From Scyliorhinus canicula (taxonomy: Eukaryota): a stretch of DNA of 64,000 nt. How positions within the stretch are numbered: position 1 is the first letter of the stretch; every line of letters starts with the position of its first letter. The notes beneath the pieces were generated by a model that was given only the letters and a program-made list of their open reading frames with translations, was not told where the DNA came from and searched no databases. The stretch is taken from the NCBI RefSeq assembly GCF_902713615.1, contig NC_052157.1, positions 75,705,411 through 75,769,410 of the forward strand. The letters run 5' to 3'. Below, one piece after another: positions 1 to 13,919 of this stretch. Position numbers and translations under genes: made by a program.

Positions 1-350
1 GCTTTGACAGAGTGGACGTGGAGAGGATGTTTCCACTTGTAGGAAAACCTGCAATCAGAGGTCGCCATCTCAGACTAAAGGGACGATTCTTTGAAACACA
101 GATTAGGAGGAATTTCTTCATCCAGAGGGCGGTGATTCTGTGGAACTCCTTGCCGCGGATGATTGTAAAGGCACAATCCCTGAGTGCATTTTAAACAGAG
201 ATCGATCCGTCTTGATTAAGGAGGGTATCAGGAGTTATGGGTAGAAGGCAGGAGAATGGGAATGGGAAAATATCAGCCATGATTGAATGGTGGAGCAGAG
301 TGGATGGGCCAAGTGGCCACATTAAGCTCCTGTGCCTTATGGTCTTATGC
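1..350 (+). mobile_element. CR1 LINE 3' end (ORF2 C-terminus and 3' UTR), degenerate
   Basis: ORF 12..194 (DVERMFPLVG...RGRHLRLKGRFFETQIRRNFFIQRAVILWNSLP) matches the typical CR1 ORF2 C-terminus. It is followed by a CR1-type tail ending in (cttatg)-like repeats. Confidence 0.85.
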
Positions 351-829
351 TCTGATTACAATACAAGGTGCTCTTCAGGTCTCAAGCGAATCTTGCTGAA
401 AGTGCGAGGACGCGTGGAAGGGATCAGCAAAATAAATTATGGGTGTGTATCTGACGCCCTTGTTTACATATTATGGATAAAATACAAAGCTGCCACGTGT
501 ATTTCTGGTTAAGTGAATGAATGTTTGTGCATGGGGTTTCAATGAAACAGGCTGTTCGTTTTTGTCTCGTCTCGATGTTTGTGAGTACTGTTGGAGCTGC
601 ATTCCTTTGGACAGGGGGAGTATACCATCCCACGCATTGCTAGTTATTGACTAGCCTTTGGAGGTCAGAACGAGAATCACTGACAGCAGCACACCGAAAC
701 ACTACTGGCCCGCAGCATGGATACGACCGGTGCATGTAAGTTGCCGGTAAATTGCAACACCCAATTTTCCAACCAACCCAGCAGGGGCATTGCGCTGGAA
801 ACACAAACTGCAAATACAGCCCTGTTGAT

Positions 830-3480
830 TTGCAAATTGCGTCTTCGTAAGATGCGGATTCATGTGCCAGAAATGGGAGAACTGCTTTATAGACTAGTCG
901 AGCAATTACCTGAAATAGTCATAATTGCGAATTCATACCTCACACATAACGTCCCAGACTCCACTCTCATCATTCCTGGCGAGATTGTGTCCCAGCAGCA
1001 AGACGGGCACAACAAAGGTGGCGGCACGGTGGAATAAGTGGGGACCAAATTTCAGTGGGTGTACTGACCATGGAAACTTGAGCCTATGAGGTATAGACGC
1101 TTCAGGCCAAACGTTGGAAGGGCCTGCTTCTGCTGAGACCTACCTACTGCCGGCAATTATCAGCTGATAAATCACAAAAACTCCATATTTAATCACACTT
1201 CAAAGAAGCGCTCAAAGTAAAAAAGCCACGACACATAGTCTACGTACCGGACTTCAATTTCCGTCGCAATAAGTTGCCCACTATCGCCAATACTGACCAA
1301 GCTTGCCGAATCTGAAATGTCACAAATGCTAGGCTGGTTCTGAGAAAAGTGGTGAGGGACCAAAACTATCGGATAAATTAACTTAACGGCATGCTCAACA
1401 ACGTGCCTGCTGTAGCTGTATCTGCCCATAACAGTATCTTTCGGAGTTCCCGCCGCACATCTGTTGTCGGGACGAAGCTCAGTCTTCACATTGAGGTTAC
1501 CCTTCATCGTATTGTGTGCCTCTACCACCGTGCAAAGTCGGATATGTTCAGCAGAGATCAATCCACTCAAGAGTAGACATGCATGAAGTGCAGAGGGACA
1601 TCGGCTCCAACAGAATTGTGCTCAGCCACAATCAGAATCATCTTCTTCGCACGGCATATTCCCACACTCTACCAATGGTCCCAAGACTTGGGATCGATCC
1701 TGGTTCAACCAACTGGACAAGATTGCATTCTCGGAGAATTGACAGTCATACATATACATGAGATGGCAACCTGGTGAAGTTAGAAGATGCGACTATTTGC
1801 ATGGCGAAAAACGTATGTAGCAAATGATAGACAGGATGACGAGATCCCATGGCCAACGGGACAGATATGAGCTCTGACGTCCTGCCACATCCAATCATGA
1901 ATAGGGTCGCAAAAGTCTCCTTAAATATCCCCATCTTCAATGAAGGCGGAGCTAGCAACTGTGTGCACAATATATGTACAAAGCCTTCGCAATTATTATT
2001 CCCCACACATGCTGAGTGGACGATTCCACCTCGAACAACTTCAGTTGTCCTTGCCGCAAATGTCAGACTTCAGCCAATTCCATTGTCCATAAATAGCAAG
2101 AAACTGCATGAGGTATTCCACATGGAAAAGGCTATAGGATCTCATATTGTTCCCGCAATTGTACTGTAAACGTCTGATGCATAACTCGACGCACAACTAG
2201 CAAAGTTGTTCAAGTATTGCTAAAACAACGGCATTTTGCACGCAGTGAGGAAATCGCCGTCGGAATATCTTGCGCACAAGAATGAGCACAAAATCAACCG
2301 GGCCAAATAACGCCCAATCATTCTGCCCTCAATCAGATGTAACGTGATCAAAGCGCTCCACACCAGATCGATCAAATAGTACATACTTAGCAATAATGTG
2401 CCCATTGACGCGAAGTTTGAATTCCGCCAGGTTCCCTCATCTACTGAGTGCAATGCAATCATGGTTCACACATAAACTAAACCGATGAACTCCAGGGGAG
2501 GGAAAGATTGACTGCTGTTGCTATTAAGACCGTATTTGATTCCACATGGTATCATGGGGCCCCCGCGAAACTGATGTCATTAGTTAACCCTGAGAAAACT
2601 CTACACTGATGGGGTTCATACCAAGCGCAAATTAAAATGATTCCAATGATTGGTGGTCTGTTAATCACTGTTGATCCCTTAAGGTGTTCCTCAGGTGGTG
2701 TCATAAGCACAAGAGTCTTCACATGATTGATGAACGACCGTCCTTACAAGATATGGTCCTCTGTCTGGATATACGGTGATAATTTCTTAATATTGAGCAC
2801 CATCGAATCCTCAGTCACTGAATCAGTCCACATGCATCTGCAAAAATACCTGGACAATATTCAGGCTTGGGATAAAGCTAAGAAGTAACATTCCCAACAT
2901 AGGTTTTTGGCAATGACCAACTTCAATTAAAAAGAATCAAGCCACCGCCTCTTGACATTGAATGTCATTACAATCACATAATCTCTTACCATCAACACCC
3001 ATCGGTTGCCATTGACTAGGAACTGAACTGGACAAGCCAACACACCTTCCCGTTTGATGGTAACAGTTCCACAAATCTACACCCCCTCCCCCCCACTCCA
3101 AAACCGATGCTTAGTCGCAGTTATGTTGACACAAGGTACCCTGCAGGAAGTCACCAAACTCCTTAGGGAACACCTTCCAAACCCACGACCATTACCATCT
3201 GGCAGAACAAGGACAGCGGATACATGGGAACACCACCACCAGGCACGGACAATCCAAGTCACTCACCATCCTGATTGCATCAATATTTTCCTACCTTCAC
3301 GTTTATAGGTTAAATCCCTGGAAATACATTACAAAAGCAAAGCGAGTGTACCTGCTCAAACACATGTGGCCTGATGGGGTTCAGGAATGCAGCCCACTGC
3401 TACCATCTCGAGGGAAATTAGTGATGGTGAATAAATGTTATTCTAGCTAAGGAAGCTCAGGTATCGTAAATATGAAATAA
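830..3480 (+). mobile_element. Old degenerate non-LTR retrotransposon (CR1/L2-group, endonuclease + RT relic)
   Basis: APE-endonuclease-like fragments (IVIIANSYL...IPG...QDGHNKGGG). A decayed RT-like region includes 'ggtgttcctcagg' (GVPQG) near 2683. Many stops and frameshifts. Confidence 0.6.
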
Positions 3481-6469
3481 AATAAAGATTGCTGGTGAGC
3501 ATATCTAATGATGGAGCATGTTGGAGATGTTTACTTATTTGTTCCTGTTTTTAAAGTCGCTCGCAATCGTAAACATATTATTTCATACATTGAGCCAAGA
3601 TTTATTTTTCCCTACTTCCTTATCTTCTGGATGTCTATGAAAAGAGCCTCATTCATATATCTTGCGCATGATTTCAAACTGCAGGCATTGTCCCTGATAC
3701 AGCATCCAGCATGTAATGTGTATAATTTGATGAACAGATTTAAAAAAATTACCCAAGTCTTTTTCTTTCAATGTTTTTTCTAAAAGAGGAAGAAGAACAG
3801 CTAATCTGAGCTGCACTATAACAAATAATAATGTCCCGCTGGTGCATTGAATCAGTTTGAAAATCATAACACAACGTATTTAATATGAGCGATGGCTTTC
3901 ATTGATGCACATATATCGATACACGAGAATTGAATAGAATTATTGGGCAAAAGTCTATTTTCGATGCATCTTGGGAAATTGCATATGCAGTACGGTGGGC
4001 AACGCTCGTGACCACGTTCGTTCCTTAGAACGCTCTTGGAATAATGCCCACAATTGTGCTGCCCACATCTCAAATTGTGTTTTGCGAGGAAGGTGTTGAA
4101 GCATTATAAAATAATCATTGCAAAATGAATCTGGTGAAATCACAAGCATGCCAAAGGATTTTAATATTGGAAAACTGATTGAAGAAGTCAGTGCTGTTCC
4201 TGAGTATAAATTGTCTAGTTGAGCTGCCGGAGTTATTTACAATTATGGTTGTATTCGGTATGCTACACTTCGGGAGGTTCTTTCTACTGCAGGGCGACAT
4301 TACAGCTATGGGCATTAGTATGAGAGGCCAAGCAAGGTCAGGTAATGCGTCCGTTTTCCTAATCCAAAGAACAGCAGGAAAACAGGTTGAGTTGAAGCAT
4401 AATCAATATGGATTTCACAGCAAATATCATTGCGACCACTTTCACTTCCATAATTTAGTACTTTATTTGAAATCTCATCGACATGTTAGTCTGGATCATA
4501 ACCCAGCAACATTACCACGTTCAGCACTCCCTCACTAACCATTCTGAATGACATGTTACTCACGGCACTTCACTTTCAGGTCTTCAAACTCTAGATATCG
4601 CATGGAAACTTCGAATTATTCTGCAAGTTGAACTAGTTGAGCATACGAACTATAGCGCCCATTGTTGATTTGCATACTTACTTATGGAAGCAGGTAAATG
4701 GTGTATAGCTGTGGTTGAAAAACGTGAATCCTGCCGTCTTGTTCAGATTATTGATGAAATGTATCATGTTGTCTTTGAAATTGTTAATCCTTCTTGCGAC
4801 TCGCCAAGTAATAGTAGAATCTTCTTCAATGAAACTATGGGCTTAAAAACATACCCCCGGCAATGATTTTGTGTTGGTTAAGATCGCCTTTGGGTCAATA
4901 CATTCAATGAAATTTGAGCATCGTTAACCGCCTCACGTCCACATTTATGGCATGCTGCATCTTGTGTCAGATCACCGTCAGTCATTATTCACTTGCGCGT
5001 CTTCCCAAAACTGCCTTCCGCTCGAGCCTCAACATGGAATTTCCTTCCAGGTCTTCTCGTTACATTGTCCGAACATTATAATCATTGACATTACTCTGAA
5101 TTTTGCGTCCTGCGTTCGGTCTCCGTTGTTTACTCACTTCGTTCGGCTCATTCTAAATATCACTTTATTATACGTATGCGCCCCCCCGCCCCCCCCCCCC
5201 CCCCCGCCACACGCACACACAAAGACACAGGGCAGAATTATACAATGAGCAGATTTATCTTTTTATGCAGCAGACAAAGTTACGTTTTTTCAAATCCTGT
5301 GGATGAGGAAGAAGCATTCATATAGACGATAGTGGTTCTGATGCTGTGGTGGTGCGAGGGATGGGACGGAGGGTTCAGCATTTAACCAATTTCAAGAAGC
5401 GTAAGTCTCGCCCTATATTTGATCACAGAAGTTGTTAGTATTCAAGGTGATCGGTGGGTTAATTGTGGTAGCTTTGAATTGCAGTGAATTTCTCAAAAGC
5501 CTTTCAACAAGTGATCTATGCATTGCGTCTTGAGTGCTTCTATTTCTGGAGCACATAATTCTTACTTAATTATTTTACGGTATTCCGTACCGCCTTGGTC
5601 GCCTGGACTATTGCTTGTACCTGAATAGGTTTGTGAGAAATTCCCAAGGTTTTGGACCACAATTGCTATTAGTTTTGTTTCGTCGTTCCCACATCTTGGT
5701 GAGTCAAAGTCTATCCATGAATTTACTTTGTGTAGATGCGTGAAAACTGCAGAATCACAGCAATGATCACAGGCCGACTTGAGCCTGGCATCTTCGCATT
5801 TCCATTATTACACCAATTAGTACAAATGGTTTTGTTATTTTCCGGTGCTTCCTTTATCCAAATTCAGAGATATCTCTGTCTCAGGTCACTGAAAAATTTG
5901 CCGTGTTTGGATCACACATGTTTCATGTGATGTATGCGTACATGTACACTGGGAAACTGGACCAATTTGTGGTATATATTATATATACAGTGGGTACTTA
6001 CCCATCCTTTTTTGCCGTAAGTGTTCATCTGTTAGAAGAGAAGGACTTTTCAATGCCCAGTGAAAAATCATTGCAGGACAGTGTACTATTGTACTTCTGC
6101 GGTTGACAATATTTTACCCTGTACCTTGTCACTTTTTCAGATGCATCCACTGCTTTCAATTTTCGACACGTCATTTTCTATTAATGTCTGAACTGGTTTC
6201 ATGATTCTGCGATTTGACGTAGCACATCGAAATAACAACAACATTGTATAGGCTATGGAGGCAGAGTTGTGACTGGCAGTATCTTCCCCTGTCTACTTTA
6301 CATTGAAATTCTTAGATTTGGAAGGACTGCAATGAAATTAAAATAATTAAATATTTGCTTGAAGACAACCATTTAAAATCTGTACCTGAAGATTTTAACA
6401 GCACGTCTCCCTTGGTGGCCTTTCTTAGATGTCACCGCCTGATGCCCTCATGTAACAGTAAGGATTTTT

Positions 6470-6700
6470 TCCTATCTAAATTTAGAGTACTCAACTCTAT
6501 TCTTTCCAATTAAGGGGCAATTTAACGGTGTACAATTCAAGTGCCCTACATATATTTATGTGCTGTCGGGGTGCGACCCACGCATACATGGGTAGAATGT
6601 GCAAACTCCACATGTTCAGTAACACGGGGCCGAGTTTAAACCCGGTTCCTCGAAGCCGTGAGACAGTAGTGCTAACGACTGGGCCAGTATGCTATCCCAC
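6470..6700 (-). mobile_element. tRNA-derived shark-type SINE, degenerate
   Basis: Reverse complement of the SINE body recurring in this window (aattaaggggcaattta..., gaatgtgcaaactccaca). Confidence 0.75.
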
Positions 6701-7727
6701 ATGTAGCACTGAGCTATTCTCTGAAACGGCAACCAATGCCATTCATTTGCAATTTTTATTGGACGAGGCCATTCAACCCGTTTGCAAAATGTCTCTTTTC
6801 AGTGAGATTATTGGTAAAGTCCATTCAAGTTGCAATTAGCCACTTTGATTACTTAAGAGCAATTCAAATTTAACTTCATGTCTGGAAATACATATAAAAT
6901 TCATCGTCCAGCCTCATCATGCGAATTGATCCAAAGCAAAATTCATACGCATGTTGAGTGAAGAATTTTTCCTCATGTCATTCTTGAAGCACTTAAATGT
7001 AGATTTAGCATCCCGAATAAGCAATTCTCACGCTCAATTTTGTCAAATTTCGCCAACGTTACGATGGAATCTTCTATTAAAAATGCCCAAGTTTATGTTC
7101 AACACCGAGGCGAAACATTTCAGAGTTATGCAGCTACTACTCCTTATTTGAACCTTCAGTCGGATAATTCTTACTTGCTCTCAACTCAAGGCTTCCTCTG
7201 CTCAATTGCCTGGAGGTGCTCATAATCGTGCCTTACAACCTGGTCTAACAAGAGATTGATAAACATTCTATCTACTCACCTGTGTTCTTGCCTTCATCTA
7301 ACAATGAAAACAGGCCAATATAATTTAAATGAATTCTACACTTTGCACGATAATACTTGTGGGCCATTGCACACATTTAGAAAGATACATTGAAACAATG
7401 GAATACGATTCATTGCCTACCTTTTGCGCAAAGGATTTCCACGGTTAAAAAAGGCAACCCACCGCCACTTTCTGATGGATAACTAGGGATGGGCGATCAA
7501 TACTTCCTTAACCAGCGATGCCCACATCCCGCCAAACAAAAGAATTAGAAAAGTGGTATCTGTGCTATTAGTTTTCACTTGGTCTCTGGTTTATTAAAAA
7601 GAACAAGTAACTTTGATAAGTATGACGTTGGAGTTAAATGTAGGAATTAACTCATCAAAAAGTGCGACATGACGTCAATATCAGGAGTGTGACGGCGCTC
7701 ATGTGGGCTTAAACAATTGTACCTAGT

Positions 7728-7945
7728 GTAGCACAGTGGAGCAGTGGATAGCACTGCTGCCTCACCGCGCCGAAGTCTCAGGTTCGATCCCGTCTCTGGG
7801 TGACTGCCCGTGTGGAGTTTTCACATTCTCCCCAATTTGCGTGGGTTTCGCCTCCACAACCCAAAGATGTGTCGGGTAGGTGTATTGCCCACGCTAAATT
7901 GTCCCTTCATTGGAAACAAACAAATTGGTACGTTAAATTAAAAAT
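7728..7945 (+). mobile_element. tRNA-derived SINE
   Basis: A-box-like gcacagtggagcagtgg, B-box ggttcgatccc, and the shared core 'gtgtggagtttt cacattctccc...gctaaattgtccc'. Confidence 0.8.
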
Positions 7946-8907
7946 AGGAAACATTGTACCTGAGGCCATGGGAGGGGACAATTGCAATGGTTGATTAAGT
8001 GAGTAATTGTTGACGGCATTGTTACAGGAGGACTCCGAATGCCATAGATGTTTGTAGGGTAATACAGAGCTTCAGTTTTCAGAAGCTTAACGCCCGTCAA
8101 ACAATGGTGCAGCGGGGTGGGTGGACGATGCTCTGAAGGTAGGAGAATTATACGATTGCAGCTATCACGGAATGCTGTCTATCTTGCAGTAGTTTCTAAA
8201 CGTAGTGAAGGTGCATCAATATTTTGTATGGAAAGAAATAAGTTGACTTTGAATGAAAAATAAGTACCTTTGTGCCTGGAATTAGTGTAACGCATTCGCA
8301 ACAGCAGCAATAACTGCAACAAGTCTACGTATTTGGCAGCAGTGGTCAGAATATTTCATTAATTTGTAAATCATGGAGATGCTGACAATCTTCAATGAAA
8401 TCAGTTGTAAATGACTTCAAAAAATGCAGAGGTCTGCTGGCATCTATGAAGTATAAAGTAGAACCAGTGCTTCAGCCCGTAAACTCTTCTTCTGAATGTT
8501 TGAGGTATTGAGATGATTTCTAATCGTCAGGCGCGCAGGTATCAAAGGCTTACACGGCCGCTTCAGCGACTGAAGAGCTAATAGACGAAATGGCCAATGG
8601 CACCAAAGTGTAAATTGCCAGTCTGATGTAAAAGTGGCAATGTTACCAGGAAACCAGTTTGGAGTTAAGAGCAAAATAAGTTCACGCTGTGTTTCGTGGT
8701 TGTTTCAACCGCATACATTGGGTGTTGGTATTGCTATTGCGCATGTTTGCATCTGTGCATGTGTGCTCGTTTGTGTTTTATGTGTGAGTGTGTTTGATTG
8801 TGTGGCAGCAGTGTATGTTGGAATAGATGTGATCGTCTGTGGTTGTGTTTGTACGTTCGTGTGTGGCTATTTGTGCGTTAGTGTTGGTCGCTGTGTGCGT
8901 GTGCAGT

Positions 8908-9590
8908 ACAGAACGGTATCCCAGTTGTTAGCACGGTGCTTCACAGCGCCATGGTTCCAGGTTCGATTCTCACCTTATCAAAGAATTTACAGTGCAGAAG
9001 GAGGCCATTCATCCAATCGAGTCTGCACCGGCTCTTGGAAGGAGCACCCTACCCAAGGTCAACACCTCCACCCTATCCCCATATCACACTAACCCCACCC
9101 AACACTAGGGGCAATTTTGGACACTAAGGGCAATTTATCATGGCCAATCCACCTAACCTGCACATCTTTGGACTGTGGGAGGAAACTGAAGCAGCCGGAG
9201 GAAACCCACGCACACACGGGGAGGATGTGCAGACTCCGCACATACATTGACCAACGCCGGAAACGAACCTGGGACCCTGGAGCTGTGAAGTGATTGTGCT
9301 ATCCACAATGCTACCGTGCTTGGTCACTGCCTTGCGTGGTGTTGGCAAGTTCTCCCCATGTCTGTGTGGGTTTCCTCTGGGTACTCCGGTTTCCTACCAC
9401 AGTTCAAATATATGCAAGTTAGGCGGATTCGCCATGCTAAATTTCCCTTAGTGTATAAAAAGGTTCTGTTGGGATACGGGTATGAGTTCTTGTGGGGCTT
9501 AAGTGGGGTGTTCTTTGCAGGCTCTATGGGCCGAATGGCCACGTTCTGCACTGTGAATTTGAATTCTTTGTTCTATATTCTATGTTCTAT
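8908..9590. mobile_element. Nested SINEs: plus-strand SINE (~8908-8973 and ~9320-9590) interrupted by a minus-strand SINE (~8975-9318)
   Basis: A SINE head with B-box (ggttcgattc) stops near 8973. A full reverse-oriented SINE follows (ending ...gctaccgtgct), then the plus-strand body and tail resume. Confidence 0.75.
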
Positions 9591-11019
9591 TATTGTGCGT
9601 GTTGGAATGTTGCTGTGTATAAGTGTGTGTAAACCCACCTATCTAAGTGCGTGTTCGATGTCCGGTGTTGATCTGACGGCAGTGGTGGCGAAAGGGAACT
9701 TCCCCACATATTTCGTTCCTTGACACCGACCCCTCACTCCCTACCCCGACTTCACTAGGTTCTTTGACACTCTGCTTACATGCGTTACTCAAGTGTCACA
9801 TGCTGATCACTTTATGCTTATCACTTATTGTACTACGACTATCAACCTTTTTGAACATACGCATCAGCATTTTCACTCCCTTTATTTTCTGGTTCACGAC
9901 AACCATGACACTGTGTCTCTAACCTCCATCTATCGCCATTTATCTCGCCCTGCTGTTGTGCCCTCCGGCCAGTCGATAATAAAAAATCTCATCCTTTCAC
10001 CAGTATTACAAGCTTTAATGTAGAGTTATCCATCCTCGAAATTCTAGCTTTTATCGCTGAGCACACATGCTCACCGAACTACTGAAATTTACGAGCATTT
10101 TTTATTTTAGTTTCAGATTCTCGCATCCTCAGTAATTTGCTTTCGTCTTGCTGTTGAATTCTCTTCCGTTTCTGTTCCAGAAATGTTAATACAGGGAAAG
10201 TGCGACTCAGGAATTTCGCTCTTTGGTTTTGCCATGTCACCTTCATTACTTTTTAGTTTCCTCCTGGTGTTTGTCAAGTTGTCTACAAAAATTCGATGCG
10301 CTGCCATATTTCTTTCCTAAGCGACTGTCTTCAGATTTGCAGCACTCCACATGAATACCAACCTAATGCCCTACCCTTATCTTTCAAGTCCACCAAAAAT
10401 TACAGGAGAACTAACATGGACAACAGTTCTCGCTGGATGCTAACATCCACGTTCAGTGACATGTACGAATCGATGCAAGCACACAGCATCTCTCGCCAGC
10501 AGCGCCTAAACCACCTAACCCAAAGTTGTCCTTTCTCCCAATGTCATTTCACTCTTTGTCTCATCGGATATATTAATAATGAACCGTTTCTATTTCTTTC
10601 CATTGTTGAGAAACGGAAACTCCAACAATTCATCGATAACACCGCCGATGCAGGCTCTCCGCCCGTTTCGAACTTTCTGTCATCCCTCCTCAGCGCAGCC
10701 TTTGTCGTTTATTACTACAGTATCTAACATTTAATTCTCCGAAGCGTCATATCCATACTTAGCAAAGGATGCAGCGTGATTCCTTACTCCCCGACCTCAA
10801 TGCATGTTTAGCTCGATACATTGCTGAATATATCCTTCGCTAACATTTTTTTAAACCGTGCTCAGCCCTTTGAGCAGGAATACTGCACCGTGCAACAAAT
10901 CTTTTAACCCGCATGCAGGATTCTCCCTTGATCTGGACTGCTCAACTGTGCCTTCCACGACCTTGGTCTTTTCAATCAGAGCTGTCGGAGTTATGTCGCC
11001 TGTCTCGGTTTTCTTGCAA

Positions 11020-12440
11020 CTCTGATTTGAGTTGATTTCATTTGTTTTCGAAGTACAGTGAAAAGTATTTTTCTGTTGCCAAGGGAACGTACACAATGCA
11101 TTCATACTAGACAAAAAGAGAATAATCGACAGAGTGCGTTAACAAATGGTACATCGACAAACAGTTAATGGTTATAATGCGGAACAAGGGGCAAAACAAA
11201 GCAAATACACGAGCAAGAGCAGCATAGCGCGTTGTGAATATTGTTCTGACGGGGATCAGATCAGTCCGAGAGAGAGGCATTGAAAAGTCCAGTAGCTATG
11301 GGAAAGAAGATGTTCATATGTCTGGACGTGCGGGTCTTCAGACTTCTGTAACTTCTGTCTGATGGAATAATCTGGAGGAAGGCAAAGCCTGGGTGGGTGG
11401 AGTCTCTGGTCATGCTGCCTGCCTTCCTTAGGCAGTGGGAAGTGCAGACAAAATCAATGTGAGGGTATAAATATTGTGTGATGCGTTGGGTTGAGTTCTC
11501 CCTCATCTGCGGTTTCTTGGGACGTTGGGCGCAACAGTTGCCATACCAAATTGTGATGCAGTCCGAATGGATACTCTGGATGCTACATCTGGATACGTTG
11601 GCGAGAGTCGATGCAGACATGTCGAATTTCTTTAGCTTTTTTATGCAATAGGGACGTTGCTGAGCTTTCTTGACTGTTGCATCAAAGTGAGTGACCAGGA
11701 CAGAATGTTGGTGATAGTGACCCCTTGGAACCGCAGTCCATCGAGCATCTCGACTTCGGATCTTTTGATGCAGACAGGGGTGTGTTTGTGCTACGAGTTC
11801 TTAAGTCGATTACCAGTTCCACTTTCTTTCCAGCATTTAGGGAGAGGTTGTTTTCGTCACAGCATGCAACCAAGTTATCTATCTCCCGTCTGTATTCCGA
11901 TTTGTCGTTGTTTGAGATACGACCCGCCAGAGAGGTATCATCGGCAAACTTATAGATTGAGTTGGAGTTAAATCTTTCCACACAGTCGTGTGTGCATAGG
12001 GAGTACAGAGGAGGACTAAACACGCATCAGTGAGGGGCCCCGGTTTTGAGGACAATTGTGGAGGTGCTGTCGCCTATCCCGACAAATTGCGGTCTGTTGG
12101 AGAGGATTTCAGGGATCCAACTGCACAGGGAGGTGTCAAGTCCATGATTGCAGAGTTTGGTTATATGTCTTTTCGGGATAATTGTGTTAAAGGCAGAGCT
12201 ATAGCCGATGAACAGCAGTTCCACGTAGGTGACCTTGTTGTCGAGGTGTTCGAGTGTTGATTGTAGAGCTGGGGAGGAAGCATATGCTGTGGATGGACTG
12301 CGGTGATTGGCGAACTGCACTGGATCGAGACCCTCTGGGAGGCTGTCGTTGATCCGTATCATGACTAGCCGCTCGAAGCATTCAAGATAAAATACATCAG
12401 GGCCAATATCACCGTCGGTCCCCTTTCTCCAATGAATTTT
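11020..12440 (-). mobile_element. Rex1/Babar-type LINE, 5'-truncated RT region and 3' end
   Basis: ORFs with LDPVQFA...LFIGYSSAFNTIIP, TGAP, and SPPLYSLCTHDC...KFADDT...LSLNAGKKVELVIDLR, typical of Rex1/Babar RT. Confidence 0.85.
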
Positions 12441-12829
12441 CTGAACTTTGCTGTTTCAAGTCCAATGTTAACTTTTCACCCCCCCCCCCCCGCACAAGCC
12501 CCTGCAACGACAAGTAGGTGGCTGTTGGTGTATTGTGTAGTGGCTTCTACTTCAAAGAGGAATAGTGCCAACTCTCAGATCTTCCTCCTGCGTGTTTCCA
12601 CCTACTTTCTAGGACTGTCACTGATGTCGTCTGTGGATATCGACGTCAACACCTACAAAGCTCATTGTCTCCGAAACACATAAAGTACGTGTCTACTTCC
12701 TCCCCATAATGCGCATAAAGAACTGGCATGGGAGGAACGTCATATCAGCCTGTGCTTACAGCACTAAACTGGTAAATAATGATAATAATAACAAAATAAT
12801 TATATCACTATCTTGAATCCATCCACTCT

Positions 12830-13870
12830 CCTCTTCTCCAGTCACTTCCCGGAAAAAGGTTTCGCTGAGATGCGGTATGTCATATCAGCAGCCCATGCGC
12901 TAGCTGCGTTCTTTTTACAATGGACATCCAATGCTTCGTGCCGCAATGAATAACCAACCCTCGTACCTTAATTTCCCACGAGCATGATCCAAGGTCTCTC
13001 CGTTTCTTCTGCGAAAACTTACCTCAGCAATTCCAATTCACTACCCCTTCGTCCGTCTGGCTGAACATGTCATCTCATGAACAACTTTCCTTTAAATTGT
13101 CTTACTTCCTCCATATAAAGGCTGCCCCTTTGATTCCCAGTTTTGTCGGCGTTGCCTGGGTACGTGAATGGTTCCTTCTTCCAGTTCATTGCCCTCTTCC
13201 ATAGTTATTTGATCAATATATTGACGACTGTTCAGTTAAGGTTCATGCTGTCGCCTGCAAGTGGAAACATTTAGCAACTTGTTTTATAATTTTAGGAACG
13301 TTGGCACATTTAGGTAATATAGCTCCGACACGTGATATATTGCCAAACAGTATAAATTGAATGCCCACCGGCTCTTGTGGCTAGCTGGCCTAAAGCTCTT
13401 CATCCACCACATTTGATAGGGCTAAAGCCTATTGTCCGAGTTAGTGCCATCTCTTTCCGGTTTCAGGGTTGTCCTTTGATACATAACGGACCTTTTATCT
13501 GCCCGAATCCATCCTGATATCTTGATGTGTCACTAACAGCACCCATCTTAGCCAATATCACCGCCATATACAGTCCGTTATGTTTTTGTCCCCGACATCA
13601 CTGTCAATCATCATCCGCTCTCCATCCATCCACTGGCTCTCCCTTTAGATATACGGCTCCAACACCCTCATTTTCCACACACACCTCGCACAACATATGA
13701 ATGTGTCATCATCTGTCCTGTTTCAAGCTGACTTCTCTCTAACTCTGCTGAAGAATAGATCCGACTCGAAGTGTCGCTTGTGTTGTCTCTCTGCAGATTG
13801 TTTCGGAATTTTTGATATTGGCCAGCATGTCTGTTTTTCCTTCAGCTTCCAGAATCCGCAATATTTGTTT
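12830..13870 (+). mobile_element. Possible Penelope-like element relic
   Basis: Decayed coding-like stretch (cgtctggctgaacatgtcatctcatgaacaactttcctttaa, resembling RLAELVL..NNFSF) and a terminal segment resembling 10020-10145 and 51960-52110. Confidence 0.4.
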
Positions 13871-13919
13871 TTAGCTCCAGAAATGAAGATTCGATTGAGC
13901 AAAATGTCATCCTTCTAAG

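Noticed and set aside
8634-9092. 152-aa Cys/Val-rich ORF
   Set aside because: Translation of a decayed (TG)n tract plus SINE sequence.
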